A DNA stretch of 64,000 nucleotides from an uncultured Chloroflexia bacterium (GCA_963751345.1 CAVVUS010000033.1:33578-97577), one strand, 5' to 3'. Shown: positions 41,286 to 53,181, counted from the stretch's first letter. Notes: generated by a model from the letters alone, not told the origin. Made by a program: numbers and translations.

Positions 41286-42824
41286 TTGTACGAGTTCACA
41301 CTCACGCCGGGGACGCTGTCGCTCGAGCAGTTGCGCCGGATCTACCGGGAGCCGGTCATGCTGACGCTCGACCCCGCGTGCTTCGCCGCGATCGATGCGG
41401 CGCATCAGACGGTGCTCGACGTGCTGGCGACCCACCGCACGGTCTACGGGGTCAACACGGGGTTTGGGATCCTGGCGAACACACGGATCTCGGACACCGA
41501 CCTGGTGCAGCTACAGCAGAACCTGGTGATGTCGCATTTGGCGGGGGTGGGACCGCTGCTCGACGACGCCGTGGTGCGGCTGGCGATGGTGCTCAAGGTC
41601 AACGCGCTGGCGCGTGGGTACTCGGGCGTGCGGCGGGCGACCATCGACCGGCTCGTGACGCTGGTCAACCACGGCGTGACGCCCTGCATCCCGTCGAAGG
41701 GGTCGGTGGGGGCGTCGGGCGATCTGGCGCCGCTGGCGCATATGAGCGCCGCGCTCCTGGGCATCGGCGAGGTCCGGTGGCAGGGAGAGACCTGGCCTGC
41801 GGCGGAGGTATTGGCGGCGCTGGACCTGGCGCCGCTCGAGCTGGGGCCAAAGGAGGGGCTGGCGCTGCTCAACGGGACACAGGTGTCGACGGCGCTGGCA
41901 CTGGCGGCGCTCTTCCGCACGGAACGTCTCCTCGCGCGAGCGCTCGTGATCGGCGCGATGTCGGTGGACGCGGCCTTGGGTACGGACGTGCCGTTCGATG
42001 CGCGGATCCACGAGGTGCGCGGGCTGCCGGGCCAGATAGCGTGCGCGGCGACGTACCGCGACCTGCTGGCGGGAAGCGAGATCCGGCAGTCGCACGCCCA
42101 GTGTTCGCGCGTCCAGGACCCTTACTCGCTGCGCTGCCAGCCGCAGGTGATGGGCGCGTGTCTCGACGTGATCCGGAGCGTGGGGCGGACGCTCGCGACC
42201 GAGGCCGACGCCGTCTCGGACAACCCGCTGGTCTTTGCGGAGCAGGGCGAGATCCTCTCAGGGGGCAACTTCCACGCCGAGCCGGTCGCCTTCGCCGCTG
42301 ACACCCTTGCGCTGGCGATTGCCGAGATCGGGGCGCTCTCGGAGCGGCGCATCGCGCTGCTGACCGACACGCATATGAGCGATCTCCCGCCGTTTCTGGT
42401 GGCGCAGCCCGGCCTGAACTCGGGTTACATGCTGCCGCAGATCGTCGCCGCGGCGCTGGCCAGTGAGAACAAGTCGCTGGCGCACCCGGCGTCGGTCGAC
42501 AGCCTGCCGACATCGGCCAACCAGGAGGACCACGTGAGTATGGCGACGTTTGCCGCGCGGCGGCTGGGCGAAATGGCGGACAACGTCGCGTCGATCCTGG
42601 CGATCGAGTATCTGTGCGCGGCACAGGGCATCGATTTCCGCGCGCCGCTCAAGACCTCGCCGAAGCTGCAGGTAGCGCTGGACCTGCTGCGCGAGCGGGT
42701 GCCGTTCTACGAGGTGGATCGCCCTCACGCGCCGGACATCGCGGCGGCGCGGGAGGTGATTGAGGAGGGAGCGTTGGAGCGCGTTGTCAGTGCCGGGGAT
42801 CTTTCTGAAGTCCCCGGCACTTGA
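41286..42824 (+). CDS. hutH: Histidine ammonia-lyase
   Basis: TTG start 6 nt after GGAGG; [21 protein letters not shown] (MIO), [35 protein letters not shown]. Confidence 0.96.
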   Translation: MYEFTLTPGTLSLEQLRRIYREPVMLTLDPACFAAIDAAHQTVLDVLATHRTVYGVNTGFGILANTRISDTDLVQLQQNLVMSHLAGVGPLLDDAVVRLAMVLKVNALARGYSGVRRATIDRLVTLVNHGVTPCIPSKGSVGASGDLAPLAHMSAALLGIGEVRWQGETWPAAEVLAALDLAPLELGPKEGLALLNGTQVSTALALAALFRTERLLARALVIGAMSVDAALGTDVPFDARIHEVRGLPGQIACAATYRDLLAGSEIRQSHAQCSRVQDPYSLRCQPQVMGACLDVIRSVGRTLATEADAVSDNPLVFAEQGEILSGGNFHAEPVAFAADTLALAIAEIGALSERRIALLTDTHMSDLPPFLVAQPGLNSGYMLPQIVAAALASENKSLAHPASVDSLPTSANQEDHVSMATFAARRLGEMADNVASILAIEYLCAAQGIDFRAPLKTSPKLQVALDLLRERVPFYEVDRPHAPDIAAAREVIEEGALERVVSAGDLSEVPGT

Positions 42825-42950
42825 GGGCAAAACTACTGCGGCGGTGGGGGTCTTCGCTTCAGGTGCCGGGGACCTCGCGCCGATCGGAATCGGCGCCAAG
42901 GCTCCCCGGCACCAATTGCCCGTCCGAATCTGGTGAAGTGCCTGGCACCG
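42790..42950. repeat. Degenerate family B REP units around the hutH stop
   Basis: AGTGCCGGGGATCTTTCTGAAGTCCCCGGCACT; GGTGCCGGGG...CCCCGGCACC; AAGTGCCTGGCAC. Confidence 0.6.
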
Positions 42951-43008
42951 ACCGGACATGCCAACGTTCAAACGTTCTTACGTGTGAGCGTCTTCTTCGG
43001 AGGTTACT

Positions 43009-44687
43009 ATGCCACAGTTGATTGAATGCGTGCCCAACTTCAGCGAGGGCCGCGACATGGGCGTGATCGGGCGCATCACGGACGCGATCGAGGCCGTCGA
43101 CGGTGTGAGCCTTCTCGACGTCGATCCCGGCGCCACAACGAACCGGACGGTCGTGACCTTTGTCGGCGAGCCGGAGGCCGTGCTCGAGGCGGCGTACCGG
43201 GCGATTCGCAAGGCCGCCGAGGTGATCGACATGCGTAAGCACCACGGCGCGCACCCGCGAATGGGCGCCACCGACGTCTGCCCGCTGGTGCCGGTGTCCG
43301 GTATCACGATGGACGAGGTGGTTGCGCTCGCGCGCCGGTTGGGCCGGCGCGTCGGCGAGGAGCTGGAGATCCCAGTCTACCTGTACGAGGCGGCGGCGAC
43401 GCGGCCCGAGCGCAAGAATCTGGCGAACATCCGCGCCGGGGAATACGAGGGGCTGCGCGACAAGCTGCTGGATCCCGAGTGGTTGCCGGATTTCGGCCCG
43501 GCGGCCTTCAGCCCGAAAACCGGGGCGACGGTGATCGGTGCGCGCGACTTCCTGGTCGCGTATAACGTGAACCTGAATACCACGTCGACGCGGCGCGCGA
43601 ACGCTGTGGCGTTTGACGTGCGGGAGCGCGGGCGCGTCAAGCGTAAGGGCAATCCACTCACCGGCGAGGTCGTGCTCGACGATGGGGGCAAGCCGGTGCG
43701 CATCCCCGGTGCTCTCCAGGGCGTCAAGGCGATGGGGTGGTACATCGAGGAATACGGGATCTGTCAGGTGTCGATGAACCTCACCGACCTGGCGGCGACG
43801 CCGTTGCACGTGGCGTTCGAGGAGGTGTGCGAGAGCGCGGCGGCGCGCGGGCTCCGGGCAACCGGATCGGAGATCGTGGGCATGGTGCCACTCCGCGTGC
43901 TGCGCGAGGCCGGGGAGTACTATCTACGTCGTCAGCAGCGGTCGCTGGGTGTCCCGACGGCGGAGATCATCAAGATCGCGGTGCGGTCGCTGGGTCTGAA
44001 CGAGTTGGCGCCGTTTGATCCCGACCAACGGATCATCGAGTATGCGATGGCGCGCGGCAAGGAACTTAGGAGGCTTGTCGACCGGACCGTGACAGGATTC
44101 GTCGACGCCGTTGCCTCGGAGGCACCCACACCGGGCGGCGGGTCGGTGGCGGCACTCATCGGTGTGTTGGGCGCGGCACTGGGGACGATGGTGGCCAACG
44201 GCTCCGCGCACAAACGCGGGTGGGACGCGCGGTGGGAGGAGTTTTCGGACTGGGCAGTGCAGGGTCGCGCGATCCTGGAGGAACTGTTGGATCTCGTCGA
44301 CGCGGACAGCCGCGCGTTCGAGGCGCTGATGGCCGCCTATGGGATGCCGAAGGGGGCGGCGCAGGAGCGGGAGGCACGTGTCGGCCGCCATCCGGGCGGC
44401 GACACAGGGCGCGATCGAGGTGCCGTTGCGCACGATGCGCGCGGCGCTGCGGTCGATGGACGTGGCGCGCGCGATGGCGGAGACCGGCAATCCAAACGCG
44501 ACCTCTGACGCAGGGGTGGGGGTCCTGTGCGCGCGGGCCGCGATCCGAGGGGCGTATCTCAACGTCCGGACGAACACCGAAGGGCTGGAGGACCGTGACC
44601 TACGCGGCGCTGGTGCTGACGGAGGCTGAGGCGATGGTGGCGCAGGCCGAGAAGGTGGAGGCGGAGGTGATGGGGAAGATTGTCTGA
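43009..44687 (+). CDS. ftcd: Bifunctional glutamate formimidoyltransferase / formimidoyl-THF cyclodeaminase (frameshifts near 44380 and 44598)
   Basis: LIECVPNFSEGRD, NRTVVTFVG, HPRMGATDVCP, GARDFLVAYN, QVSMNL, GSEIVG; PTPGGGSVAA; GNPNATSDAGVG...GAYLNVRTN. Confidence 0.93.
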
Positions 44688-44697
44688 ATCACGGACC

Positions 44698-44756
44698 ATG
44701 CCGCTCGGACGCATGACGCAGGATGCCGCTCGGACGCGGGATGCCGCTCGGACGCG
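44698..44756. repeat. Three direct repeats of ATGCCGCTCGGACGC
   Basis: Copies at 44698, 44723 and 44741, just after the ftcd stop. Confidence 0.8.
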
Positions 44757-44820
44757 GTCGGATACCACAGATGGAAGCCCCCTAGTCAAGTGACCAGGTC
44801 CGGGACACGCCAAGTGGGTG

Positions 44821-44849
44821 TTGGGCAATGTGCGCATTTGTGCTATAAT
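44821..44849 (+). promoter_or_regulatory. Sigma70-type promoter with extended -10
   Basis: TTGGGC-N17-TATAAT with TG preceding the -10, in an AT-rich patch upstream of the small ORF at 44899. Confidence 0.65.
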
Positions 44850-44898
44850 AATAACAAATAGCTATAAAATTAGGAGCGACAGCAAACAGGAGGCAGCA

Positions 44899-45117
44899 AT
44901 GCTGATCAGAGACTTTGACGCGATGGTCGCAGTTCAGAAGGCTCATCAGGAGGCTGCGCTATCGGAGATCCGGCGTAACCACCTGGTCAAGGCTGTAAGG
45001 CACGAGCTTCAGGCCGATTCCGGCCGCGAGCGTGGGCCGCGCCGCCGGTGGGTGTCAGGATACCTTGAGGCTCTGACACAACAAGTTTCGTGTTCGTTCA
45101 GTCCGGTGACCTGTTGA
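44899..45117 (+). CDS. Small hypothetical protein (72 aa)
   Basis: AGGAGG RBS, own promoter and a downstream hairpin. Confidence 0.65.
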   Translation: MLIRDFDAMVAVQKAHQEAALSEIRRNHLVKAVRHELQADSGRERGPRRRWVSGYLEALTQQVSCSFSPVTC

Positions 45118-45144
45118 GGGTTGGCGGCACAGATCCCACGATCG

Positions 45145-45170
45145 AGGGGCGGCCGATAGGCCGCCCCTTT
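45145..45170 (+). terminator. Probable intrinsic terminator
   Basis: AGGGGCGGCC-GATA-GGCCGCCCCT followed by TT, between convergent genes. Confidence 0.6.
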
Positions 45171-45187
45171 ACGTTGTCCGACAGGGG

Positions 45188-45805
45188 TCAGGCGCCCCGG
45201 ATGAGGTCCGGCAGGCCCGACACCTCGACCGCGGTGTAGATCAGGAGCAGGGCCAACAAGGCGTTGACGACTTGCCGCACCCACGCGACGTGCAGGAATC
45301 GACGGATGGCCGAGCCGAAGAGGGCCCAGGTCGAGACAGCAGAGAACGCGACCACGGCGAGGCCTGCAGCCGAGAGCAGCATCTGGACGGGCTTGCCGGC
45401 GAGTCCCCAGCAGAAAGGTCGAGTAGAGCGTCAGGCCGTAGATCACGCCTTTGGGGTTCAGGATCTGCAGCAATGCGCCTGTGACGAACCCGAGCTCGCC
45501 CCGATCGTTGTCCTCGAACGTATAGGTCGCACGGAGCGTCTCATAGGCCAGCCAGAGGATGTAGACCGCTCCGACGATCCGGAGCACCGTCTCGAACGAC
45601 GGCAAGAGCGCTGGTCAAGCGTGCCCGATATCAGCCCGCAGAGGAGCATCACGAGGAAGAAGCCGGTCGTGATGCCAAGGAGATACCGCAGGCTACGTCG
45701 GTAGCCGTAGCGCACGCCCATCGACGTGCTGGAGATGTTGTTTGGCCCGGGCGTGTAGGTGGTGACCAGCACGAACGAGAGCAGCGGGATGAGGTCGAGG
45801 CTCAT
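45188..45805 (-). CDS. LysE family translocator (frameshifts)
   Basis: TYTPGPNN, GYRRSLRYLLG, VGAVYILWLAY, GALLQILNPKG. Confidence 0.88.
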
Positions 45806-46002
45806 AGGCGACGGGTCCTTTGCGAGATAACCATGATCGCTCTATTGTACTCGATTGCTCAGAGACGAGACCGGATCCGGCGAGACGGAGCTTTGGCGAC
45901 TGGGGCGCTCAACGGCGGACGGGGTTGGCCCGGGAAATGGGGTGTGCGCATCGCGGTTGGACGACCGGGCGGGTGGCCCTGCATCCAAGGACTAAGGGGC
46001 GC

Positions 46003-46031
46003 GTAGGGCGGCTCAGCCTGAGCCGCCCTAC
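46003..46031. repeat. GTAG-type REP hairpin
   Basis: GTAGGGCGGCTCAGCCTGAGCCGCCCTAC. Confidence 0.75.
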
Positions 46032-46043
46032 GCACGGACGGGA

Positions 46044-47004
46044 TCAGTCGATGAAGCGGAAGCTCTCGATCATGGTGTCGTCGTAGACGATCGTGTAGTC
46101 CACTGCGCCGACGAACGTATAGGCCTGGCCCACATCCCAGACGGCGAGCTTGCCGCGAAGCCGGTCGTACTTGAGCACTGTCCGGTAGTTGACCGGGCAC
46201 TCGGTAGACTCCAGGTCCTTGCCGTCGCCCTCGAGGGTCACATCGACAATGCGCGGGTCCGTCAGGCGAGGGAGTCATTTCGCCGACGCTGCAGCCGCGG
46301 CCGTAGCGCGTCTTGACGAAGGACTCGAGCTCTTCCTGCCCCTCGATGTCGACGACCCGAATCGACCAGGCCGCCCGGTAGGGATTGTCCGGATCCGTGT
46401 CCGTGGCCAACGCGAGCGTGTTGGTCATCGGGACGCAGTTCGCGTAGAAACTGCGCGTCCCGCCGTCCTCCTGGCGTTCGAGGGACTGGCCCGTCAGGGC
46501 GTGATACGAGGCGAAGGTCAAGATCACGGTGTCGTCCTCCTCGAAGATGGCCGTCGGGACCGGTGCTGCGGCAGGCCGGTAGGAGTGGTCGCCGTTCGCC
46601 TCGTTCCAGGTGCAGTCGCCGAAGGTGATCACCATCTCTCTCGGCACGAGGATGGAGAAGCCTAGCGCGTGGTTGGCGTAAGTGTCGAAGGTGTCGCCTG
46701 CGGGGATGAGCTCGGACGTGCGCTCGCCTGCCACGTCCTGCGTCGGGCCGGCCTCGACGGTGGTCTCGGTCGTCCCGGTGGCCCCGCTCACCGGCGGCGC
46801 CGGCGTCACCACGCTCAGTTCAGCCGTGTCGCCGGCTTGCACTGTCGCCGTGGGGCCTTCCTGGGCCTGGGCGATGGTCGAGGGACTGCAGGCCCCGGCG
46901 GTAAGTATCGCGATGAGGGCGATGGTTGAGGCGAATGCCCTGGCGATGGGTGCGTGCCCGTATGCGTTGGTTCTGAGCTTGCTCTTGCGATCTTTCCTGA
47001 TCAT
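46044..47004 (-). CDS. Hypothetical lipoprotein (frameshift near 46265)
   Basis: Hydrophobic segment ending AGAC; TYANHALGFSILVP; C-terminus YDDTMIESFRFID in ORF 46044-46241. Confidence 0.7.
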
Positions 47005-47159
47005 CACGTTTCTCCTTGTGGCTTGACTTGGTCTACGTCTCAAGCATAAGAGGGGAAGATGTCAGGGCGATTGTCAGGAGGGTGCAAGGCTGTCACAGCG
47101 TGTTACGGCGATGCGAGGGGGCAAGTCCAATCCCTGCCCACCGTGCCGAGGGGGCCGGG

Positions 47160-48643
47160 CTACGGGGCCGGGACGACACACCGGAAGCCGGTCTCGGCCT
47201 CCGCACCTTCAGGCCGGCCGGCGGAGCGATAGGTGGCGGTCACACGAGGGGCAGGGCTACGCCAGGAGCCCCCGCGTATGACCCGGAACTCGCCGTCGCC
47301 TACCGGGCCGACGGGATCGTGCTGCTCATCGGCCGTGTACGGTCCCGTCCAGTCGGCCGTCCACTCCCACACGTTGCCGGAAAGGTCGACTGCACCACAC
47401 CAGCCGGCCCCGTCAGGGTAGCTTCCGACAGGGGCAGCATAGGCGTAGCCATCATCGATCGCTGTGTCTGCCCACGACCGCCCGAACTCCGTCTCATTGT
47501 CTGGCCAGATCGCGGCGCACTGAGCATCGCAGGTGTTGGCCCTGGTGGCATCGAGGGTGTCGCCCCAAGGAAAAAGGGGATCTTCAGGGCCCACGGGCGG
47601 CGTATTCCCACTCGGCCTCGGTGGGCAACCGCCCGCCTACCCAGCCGCAATAGGTCTGCGCCGCTTGCCACGAGACGAAGACGGCGGGCTTATCGGCGGC
47701 GAAGGGGTCGGGGTCCAGGAGCCCTGCGCCATCCACGCTGCCTCCCGCGGGCTGAGGCCTGGTGGGGCAGACTTGAGCGTCCACGCACTTCGCGTAGCCG
47801 CCGTTCGTCACCTCGGTACGGTCGATCCAGAAGGCGGAAAGCCGGACGCTGTGGCTCGGTTCGGAGCCCTCTGAGACCACAGGAGGGGCCTGCATCAGCC
47901 TCCAGGGCGGTACAGAGGGCCTGCGCCGTCTGTCGCTTGGTTTCATCGAGACCCATGACGAAGCTTCCGCCCGGGACGAACACCATCGTCGCCCCGTCGA
48001 CGGTGCGGACGCTGGCTATACCCAGGGCCGGCGGGGCGAGTCCATCCGATGGCTCCGAAGCAACGGGCGTTGGGGACTCCGCCGGCAGGGGCGTGGCTGG
48101 AGAAGGTGCCGGTCGCGGGAGTGCCTCGAAGGACTCGACAATGGTCGTGGCCTCCCCGATCAGCGCGTCGGAGAGATCAACGCTGTTGTAGTCAACAGAG
48201 GTGTCATCTAGCGTGATGGCGAAGGCGGCGTCGTTGGCGTTCAGGGGAGCGGGCGTATGGTAGATCAGCACCTTGTAGGCCTTCTCGTAGACGACGAGCT
48301 GGGCGTCGATGGTGGTGCCCATGAAGGTCAGCTTGCCGCCGTAGACGAAGTCGCCGGCAGCGCCGCCGCCCCACGCGATCGAGCGTGCTTCGGTCGGCCA
48401 CTTGTACGCCACGGTGAGGCAGGGGCCGCGGTGACAGAGGCGCACGACGTGATCGCCTTCGTCCAGCGACCACGAAGACGGATAGGTGAAGGCAAAGCCG
48501 TACTCGGCGTTCGCATAGTGCAGGTAGGACGGAGTTGGGGTCGGGGTCGGCACCACGCCGACCTGAACCACGCCACAGGCCGAAAGCAACAGAGCCACGA
48601 GTGCCAGGCTGGGCGCAAGGATGCTCGTTCTATGGCGCGTCAC
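47160..48643 (-). CDS. Lipoprotein with formylglycine-generating-enzyme (SUMF1) domain (frameshifts)
   Basis: Lipobox LLSAC; [12 protein letters not shown]; [10 protein letters not shown]; [14 protein letters not shown]; DLSGNVWEW; RVIRGGSW; GFRCV. Confidence 0.87.
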
Positions 48644-49599
48644 GGCTCGCCACCGTCCCGGCCCCCTCGCGGGCCGCCGGCAGGCGCACGGTCACCACGG
48701 TGCCCTGCCCGGACCGGCTACGCAGCGAGGCCGAGCCGCCGTGGCGGGTGACGATGGCCCGCACGAGCGCCAGCCCGAGTCCGCTTCCGGGGGTCTCACG
48801 TGCGTCGCGCCCACGGTAGAGCTCCTCCCAGACGAGCGGCAGCTCGTCGTCAGGGATGCCTGGGCCGGTATCGGCGACCTCGATCACGACATCGTTACCG
48901 TCCTCGTAGGCACGGGCCTCTATGGTATCGCCGGGGCGCGTGAACTTGAGCGCGTTATTGAGCAGGTTGTAGATTGCGAGGAAGACCAGGTCCCAGTCCC
49001 CGCGGATCGGGGGCAACGGCCACGGGGCGCGCGGCACGGTGAGCTGCAGATCGCGGGTCGGGGCGTTTGGGTGATCGCGGGCGGCTGCCACCGCCTCGTC
49101 CAGGAGCTCGGTCAGGTCGACGTTCGTCGCCTCCAAGGGCCGAGTCTCCAACTCGGACAGCTTGCGCAGGTCGGCGACGAGACTCCCGATGCGGAGCGCC
49201 TGCGACCGAACGCTCTCGATGGCGGCCCGCCGGGTCTCCGCCGGCGCCGCCTCGCCGGCGTTGGCCAGCCCCGCGTGGATCGCGGTGAGCGGGATTCTTG
49301 AGCTCGTGGTCGAGGCGCCGAACGAAGCGACGATGCTCCTCTCCCGAACTCGCCAACACCCTCTCGCGGGCGGTGGCCATCTCGCGCCGGGATCGCGCCC
49401 GAAGGGCGACGACGCCGGCCAGGGCGACCGTCAACACGACGCCAAGAACCCAGACCAGCCCGGCGACATCCGCGCGGAGGTAGAGCTCGGGCTGACCGGT
49501 CCAGATGCGGTGAAGCACGACGGACGCAAGGGCGCCGACGAGTGCCGGGATGAGCACCCATGCCCACTTGATCAGCGGGCTCAGGAACCGTGACGTCAC
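48630..49599 (-). CDS. Membrane sensor histidine kinase (frameshift near 49290)
   Basis: Two TM helices; RLDHELKNP; NLLNNALKF, VADTGPGI, GSGLGL. Confidence 0.9.
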
Positions 49600-50306
49600 C
49601 TGCCCTGCACCTCGCCGACATAGCGGTAGCCGACGCCGGGGACCGTCTCCACGTAGCTGGGATCGGATGCGTCATCATCCAGCTTACGCCGGAGCTCCGC
49701 GACGCGTGTGTCCACAGCGCGCGTGCCGACGGGATAGTCCCAGCCCCAGACCGCGTCGAGCAACCGCTCGCGGGTCATCACCTCGTCAGGGTGGGTCATC
49801 AGGTACTCCAGCAGGGAGAAAGCTTTGGGCGTGAGCGGGACCTCCCGGTCGTCCAGATAGGTGCGGCGGGAGAGCCGGTCGAGGCGCAGCGTGCCGGTGC
49901 TGAGTTCGTGGGAAGCCGCCAGGGGCGGTTGGCCCGGGCGGACGCGGCGCAGGACCGCCTTCATCCTCGCGACGAGCTCGATGGGATCGAAGGGCTTGTT
50001 GAGATAGTCGTCCGCACCCTCCTCCAGGGCCATGGCGCGCTCGGCCGACTCGCCGACCTGGGTCAGGAGGATGACAGGCGTCCAGTCGCCGGAGGCGCGC
50101 AATTGGCGGAGGAACTCCCGCCCATCGACCCGTGGCATCATCACATCGGTGACGACCAGGTCCGGGTGGACGCGATCCATTTCTCGCAGCGCCGCCTCGC
50201 CATCGTGGGCGACGGTGACCTCATAGCCGGAACGGGAGAGGAAGGGGCCGAGGTTGCCGGTGATGGCGCGCTCATCGTCGACCAGGAGCAACTTGGTGGT
50301 GGTCAT
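49596..50306 (-). CDS. OmpR/PhoB family response regulator
   Basis: LLVDDE, DVMMP, GADDYLNKPF, LTPKAFSLL, RAVDTRVAELRRKL, ETVPGVGYR. Confidence 0.95.
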   Translation of the reverse strand: MTTTKLLLVDDERAITGNLGPFLSRSGYEVTVAHDGEAALREMDRVHPDLVVTDVMMPRVDGREFLRQLRASGDWTPVILLTQVGESAERAMALEEGADDYLNKPFDPIELVARMKAVLRRVRPGQPPLAASHELSTGTLRLDRLSRRTYLDDREVPLTPKAFSLLEYLMTHPDEVMTRERLLDAVWGWDYPVGTRAVDTRVAELRRKLDDDASDPSYVETVPGVGYRYVGEVQGR

Positions 50307-50656
50307 ACGACAAACCTCCTCGTGATCATCAATATCGCGCGGCCGTGCGCGTCTATCTTAGTCTAGCGGGTGGATGTGGCAACTGCGTCGCGGCGGTGTT
50401 ACGGGCCTGACACACGACGGAAGGCCGGCTGTGGCTCCGTGCCGCCTGTACGCCCGGGTCTTTACTTGCGCAAAGTGCTTTACACTGTGGCGGACCTGCT
50501 GACTACGGCAGATTGACACGTCAGACAGGTGCTGCTATTCTGGGGCTACACCCACATCGGATCGACCACCCCCTCTGCTATGTCTTTGCGATCGTTCATG
50601 TGGTCTACCGCGGCGGGCCCCATTCCGGGGTCGCGGCATTAACTCAGGAGGGTACG

Positions 50657-53033
50657 ATGGTTCCTCGAAGGTTCCTTTCCCTGGCTTTGGTGTTGGCTGC
50701 CCTGGGAGGCGTCGCCATTTGGGTAATCTACGGGCAGCCGGTGGCGGCGCAGGCGGGGTGTGACCGGTTTGTCGTCGGCATCGACGCGGGCGATACCACC
50801 GACTGCAGCGACGAGGCGCATCCCTGTCGCACGATCCAATACGCGATCGACCAGTCGGTCGCGGGCGACGTGATCTGCGTCGCCAAGCACACGTTGGCGG
50901 GTCCCCTGGTCTACGCCGAGACGCTGACGATCACTCACTCGCTGACGCTCGACGGCGCGTGGGACGCGATGTGCTGTCGATCCCAACAACCTGACGTGCA
51001 CCTTCACCCCCATCCCCTGCGATCCGGCCAACGTGACGGTGGACGCGGGCGGGACCGGGCGCGCGATCACCATCGACGGCAGCGCGTCACCCGGTACGGT
51101 GGCGCCGGTGATCCAGTGTTTGACGGTCACCGGCGGCGACGCGAACGGGCTCGGCGGCGATCCCGAGGGCTTCGACGCGGGCGGGGGCATCTACAGCGTG
51201 GACGCCGCGCCGATCATCGCCAACAGCGTGATCACGGGCAACTACGGCTGCAACGTCTGCTCGACGACGTATGGGCGCGGCGGGGGCATCTATCTGCTGC
51301 GCGCGCCCGCGTCCAGCAGCATCCACGACAACGTGATCGCCCACAACGTGGCGGACGAGTCGACCTGGGGCGGGGGCGGCGGCGTGATGCTGCGCGACTC
51401 CGACGCGCAGGTCGCCGACAACGTGATCGAGTGGAACCGCGCGGGGCACTCGGCCGGCGATGGCGGCGGGATCCAGGTGCGCAACGGCGCGCCGACGATC
51501 TCCGGCAACGTGCTGACCCAGAACGTCGGCGGGCGTGCCGTGCGCGGGCTCGGCGGCGGCATCTACGTCCTGTCGTCCGAGACCGTCACGGTAACGGGCA
51601 ATACCTTGACCTACAACAAGGCCATCACCGGCACAGGCGCCGCCGGCTTTCCCAGCGCCGGCGGCGGCATCTACGTGAGCGGTAACCCCACGATGACGGC
51701 CACGATCCGCGACAACGTGATCGACACGAATGGGGCCTCGCTCCTGACGCCGCAGTTGGGCATCGGCGGCGGCCTGTACCTCGGTGGTGTGATCACGGGG
51801 TCTGAGGTCTCCGGTAACACGGTCGTGAGGAACGTTGGCGGGTTCAACGTCGCCGGCAACGGCGGCGGGATATACGCGATCAACAGCACTGTCGTCGTGA
51901 CCGGGAACACCGTGGTGGACAACGCAGCGACGTGGGCCGGAAGCCACGGAGAGGGCGGGGGCATCTACCGCGGGACACCTCGGCGCTGATCGCCACGAAC
52001 GTGATCACGGGCAACGGGGGCAGCTACTTCCCCGGGTTGCCCAGCACGGCGACGGGGTATGGCGGGGGCATCGCAGCGATCGACAGCCTCACCTTCATCC
52101 ATGACAACCTGATCGCCGACAACGACGGGACCAGGGGGGCCAACTGGGCCTGGGGTGGTGGCATCTACGTCGCGGGGTGCGCAGACCCAGATCATCGACA
52201 ACACGATCACGGGCAACACGGGATGCCCGGGGCAGGTCTGCTTCGGCGGTGGGGTCGCGGTGACCGGGACGGTCAGCCTGATCCAGGGCAACCGGATCGT
52301 GAGCAACACCGCGTCGTTGGACTCGTTGGGGGCAGGGGGTGGCGTCTACCTGGGGACCGGGACACATCTGGTCGCGGCGAACACCATCTCCGGTAACCTG
52401 GCCGGCGTGGTGGACCGTGGCTATGGGGGCGGCGTCTATGCGCAGTTCGACACCGTCACGCTGGAGCGGAACACCATCCTCGACAATGTTGCATCAACCG
52501 GCCCCAATAGCTGGGGCGGCGGCGTGCGGATTGCGGCGGTGGATGCGTTCACGATGACCAACAACATCATCGCACGCAACGGGGCCTCGACCCTGGGGAG
52601 CGGCGTGGACATCCTCGGCGGGCACGGTGTGATGGCGAACAACACCATCGTCGACAATCAGGCGGCCGATAGCACCGGCGTGGCTGTGGGGAACAACAGT
52701 GCGGTCACGTTGACCAACACGCTCATCGCCGACCAGGCGGTGGGCATCCGGAACACCGCGTCGCCGACCTCGACGGTGACGGCCAACACGACGCTCTTCG
52801 ACGGGGTCACGACGGCTGTGGTGAACGTGACCAACCTCAACGCGCTGCCGGGGCCGGCGGCGCTGCTGCCGAACTATCACCTGGGGCCCGGGTCGAACGC
52901 CATCGACCACGGCCTGACTCTGGCGTGGGTGACCGACGACATCGACGGCAACACGCGCCCGCAGGGCAGTGGCTATGACGTGGGCGCCGACGAGGCGATC
53001 TTCATCTACCTGCCGTTGGTCTTGAAGCAGTAG
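50657..53033 (+). CDS. Secreted right-handed beta-helix protein with choice-of-anchor Q-like C-terminus and FIYLPLVLKQ tail (frameshifts)
   Basis: Signal peptide; PCRTIQYAIDQ; many GGGIY/N.I..N repeats; YHLGPGSNAIDHG...DIDGNTRPQGSGYDVGADE. Confidence 0.85.
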
Positions 53034-53053
53034 GGGGGGCGTGGTCTCAGTTG

Positions 53054-53090
53054 GGCCTTCCGGGAACGTGCAGTGCCTTCCCGGAAGGCC
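53054..53090. terminator. Hairpin between convergent genes
   Basis: GGCCTTCCGGGAA...TTCCCGGAAGGCC. Confidence 0.5.
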
Positions 53091-53181
53091 ACATTGCTTC
53101 GCTGCGCCTGCTATCGACACAGAAGACCGCACAGCCTGCGGAACAACTGTGCGGCCTACTGCATGGACTGCAAACCGCAGT

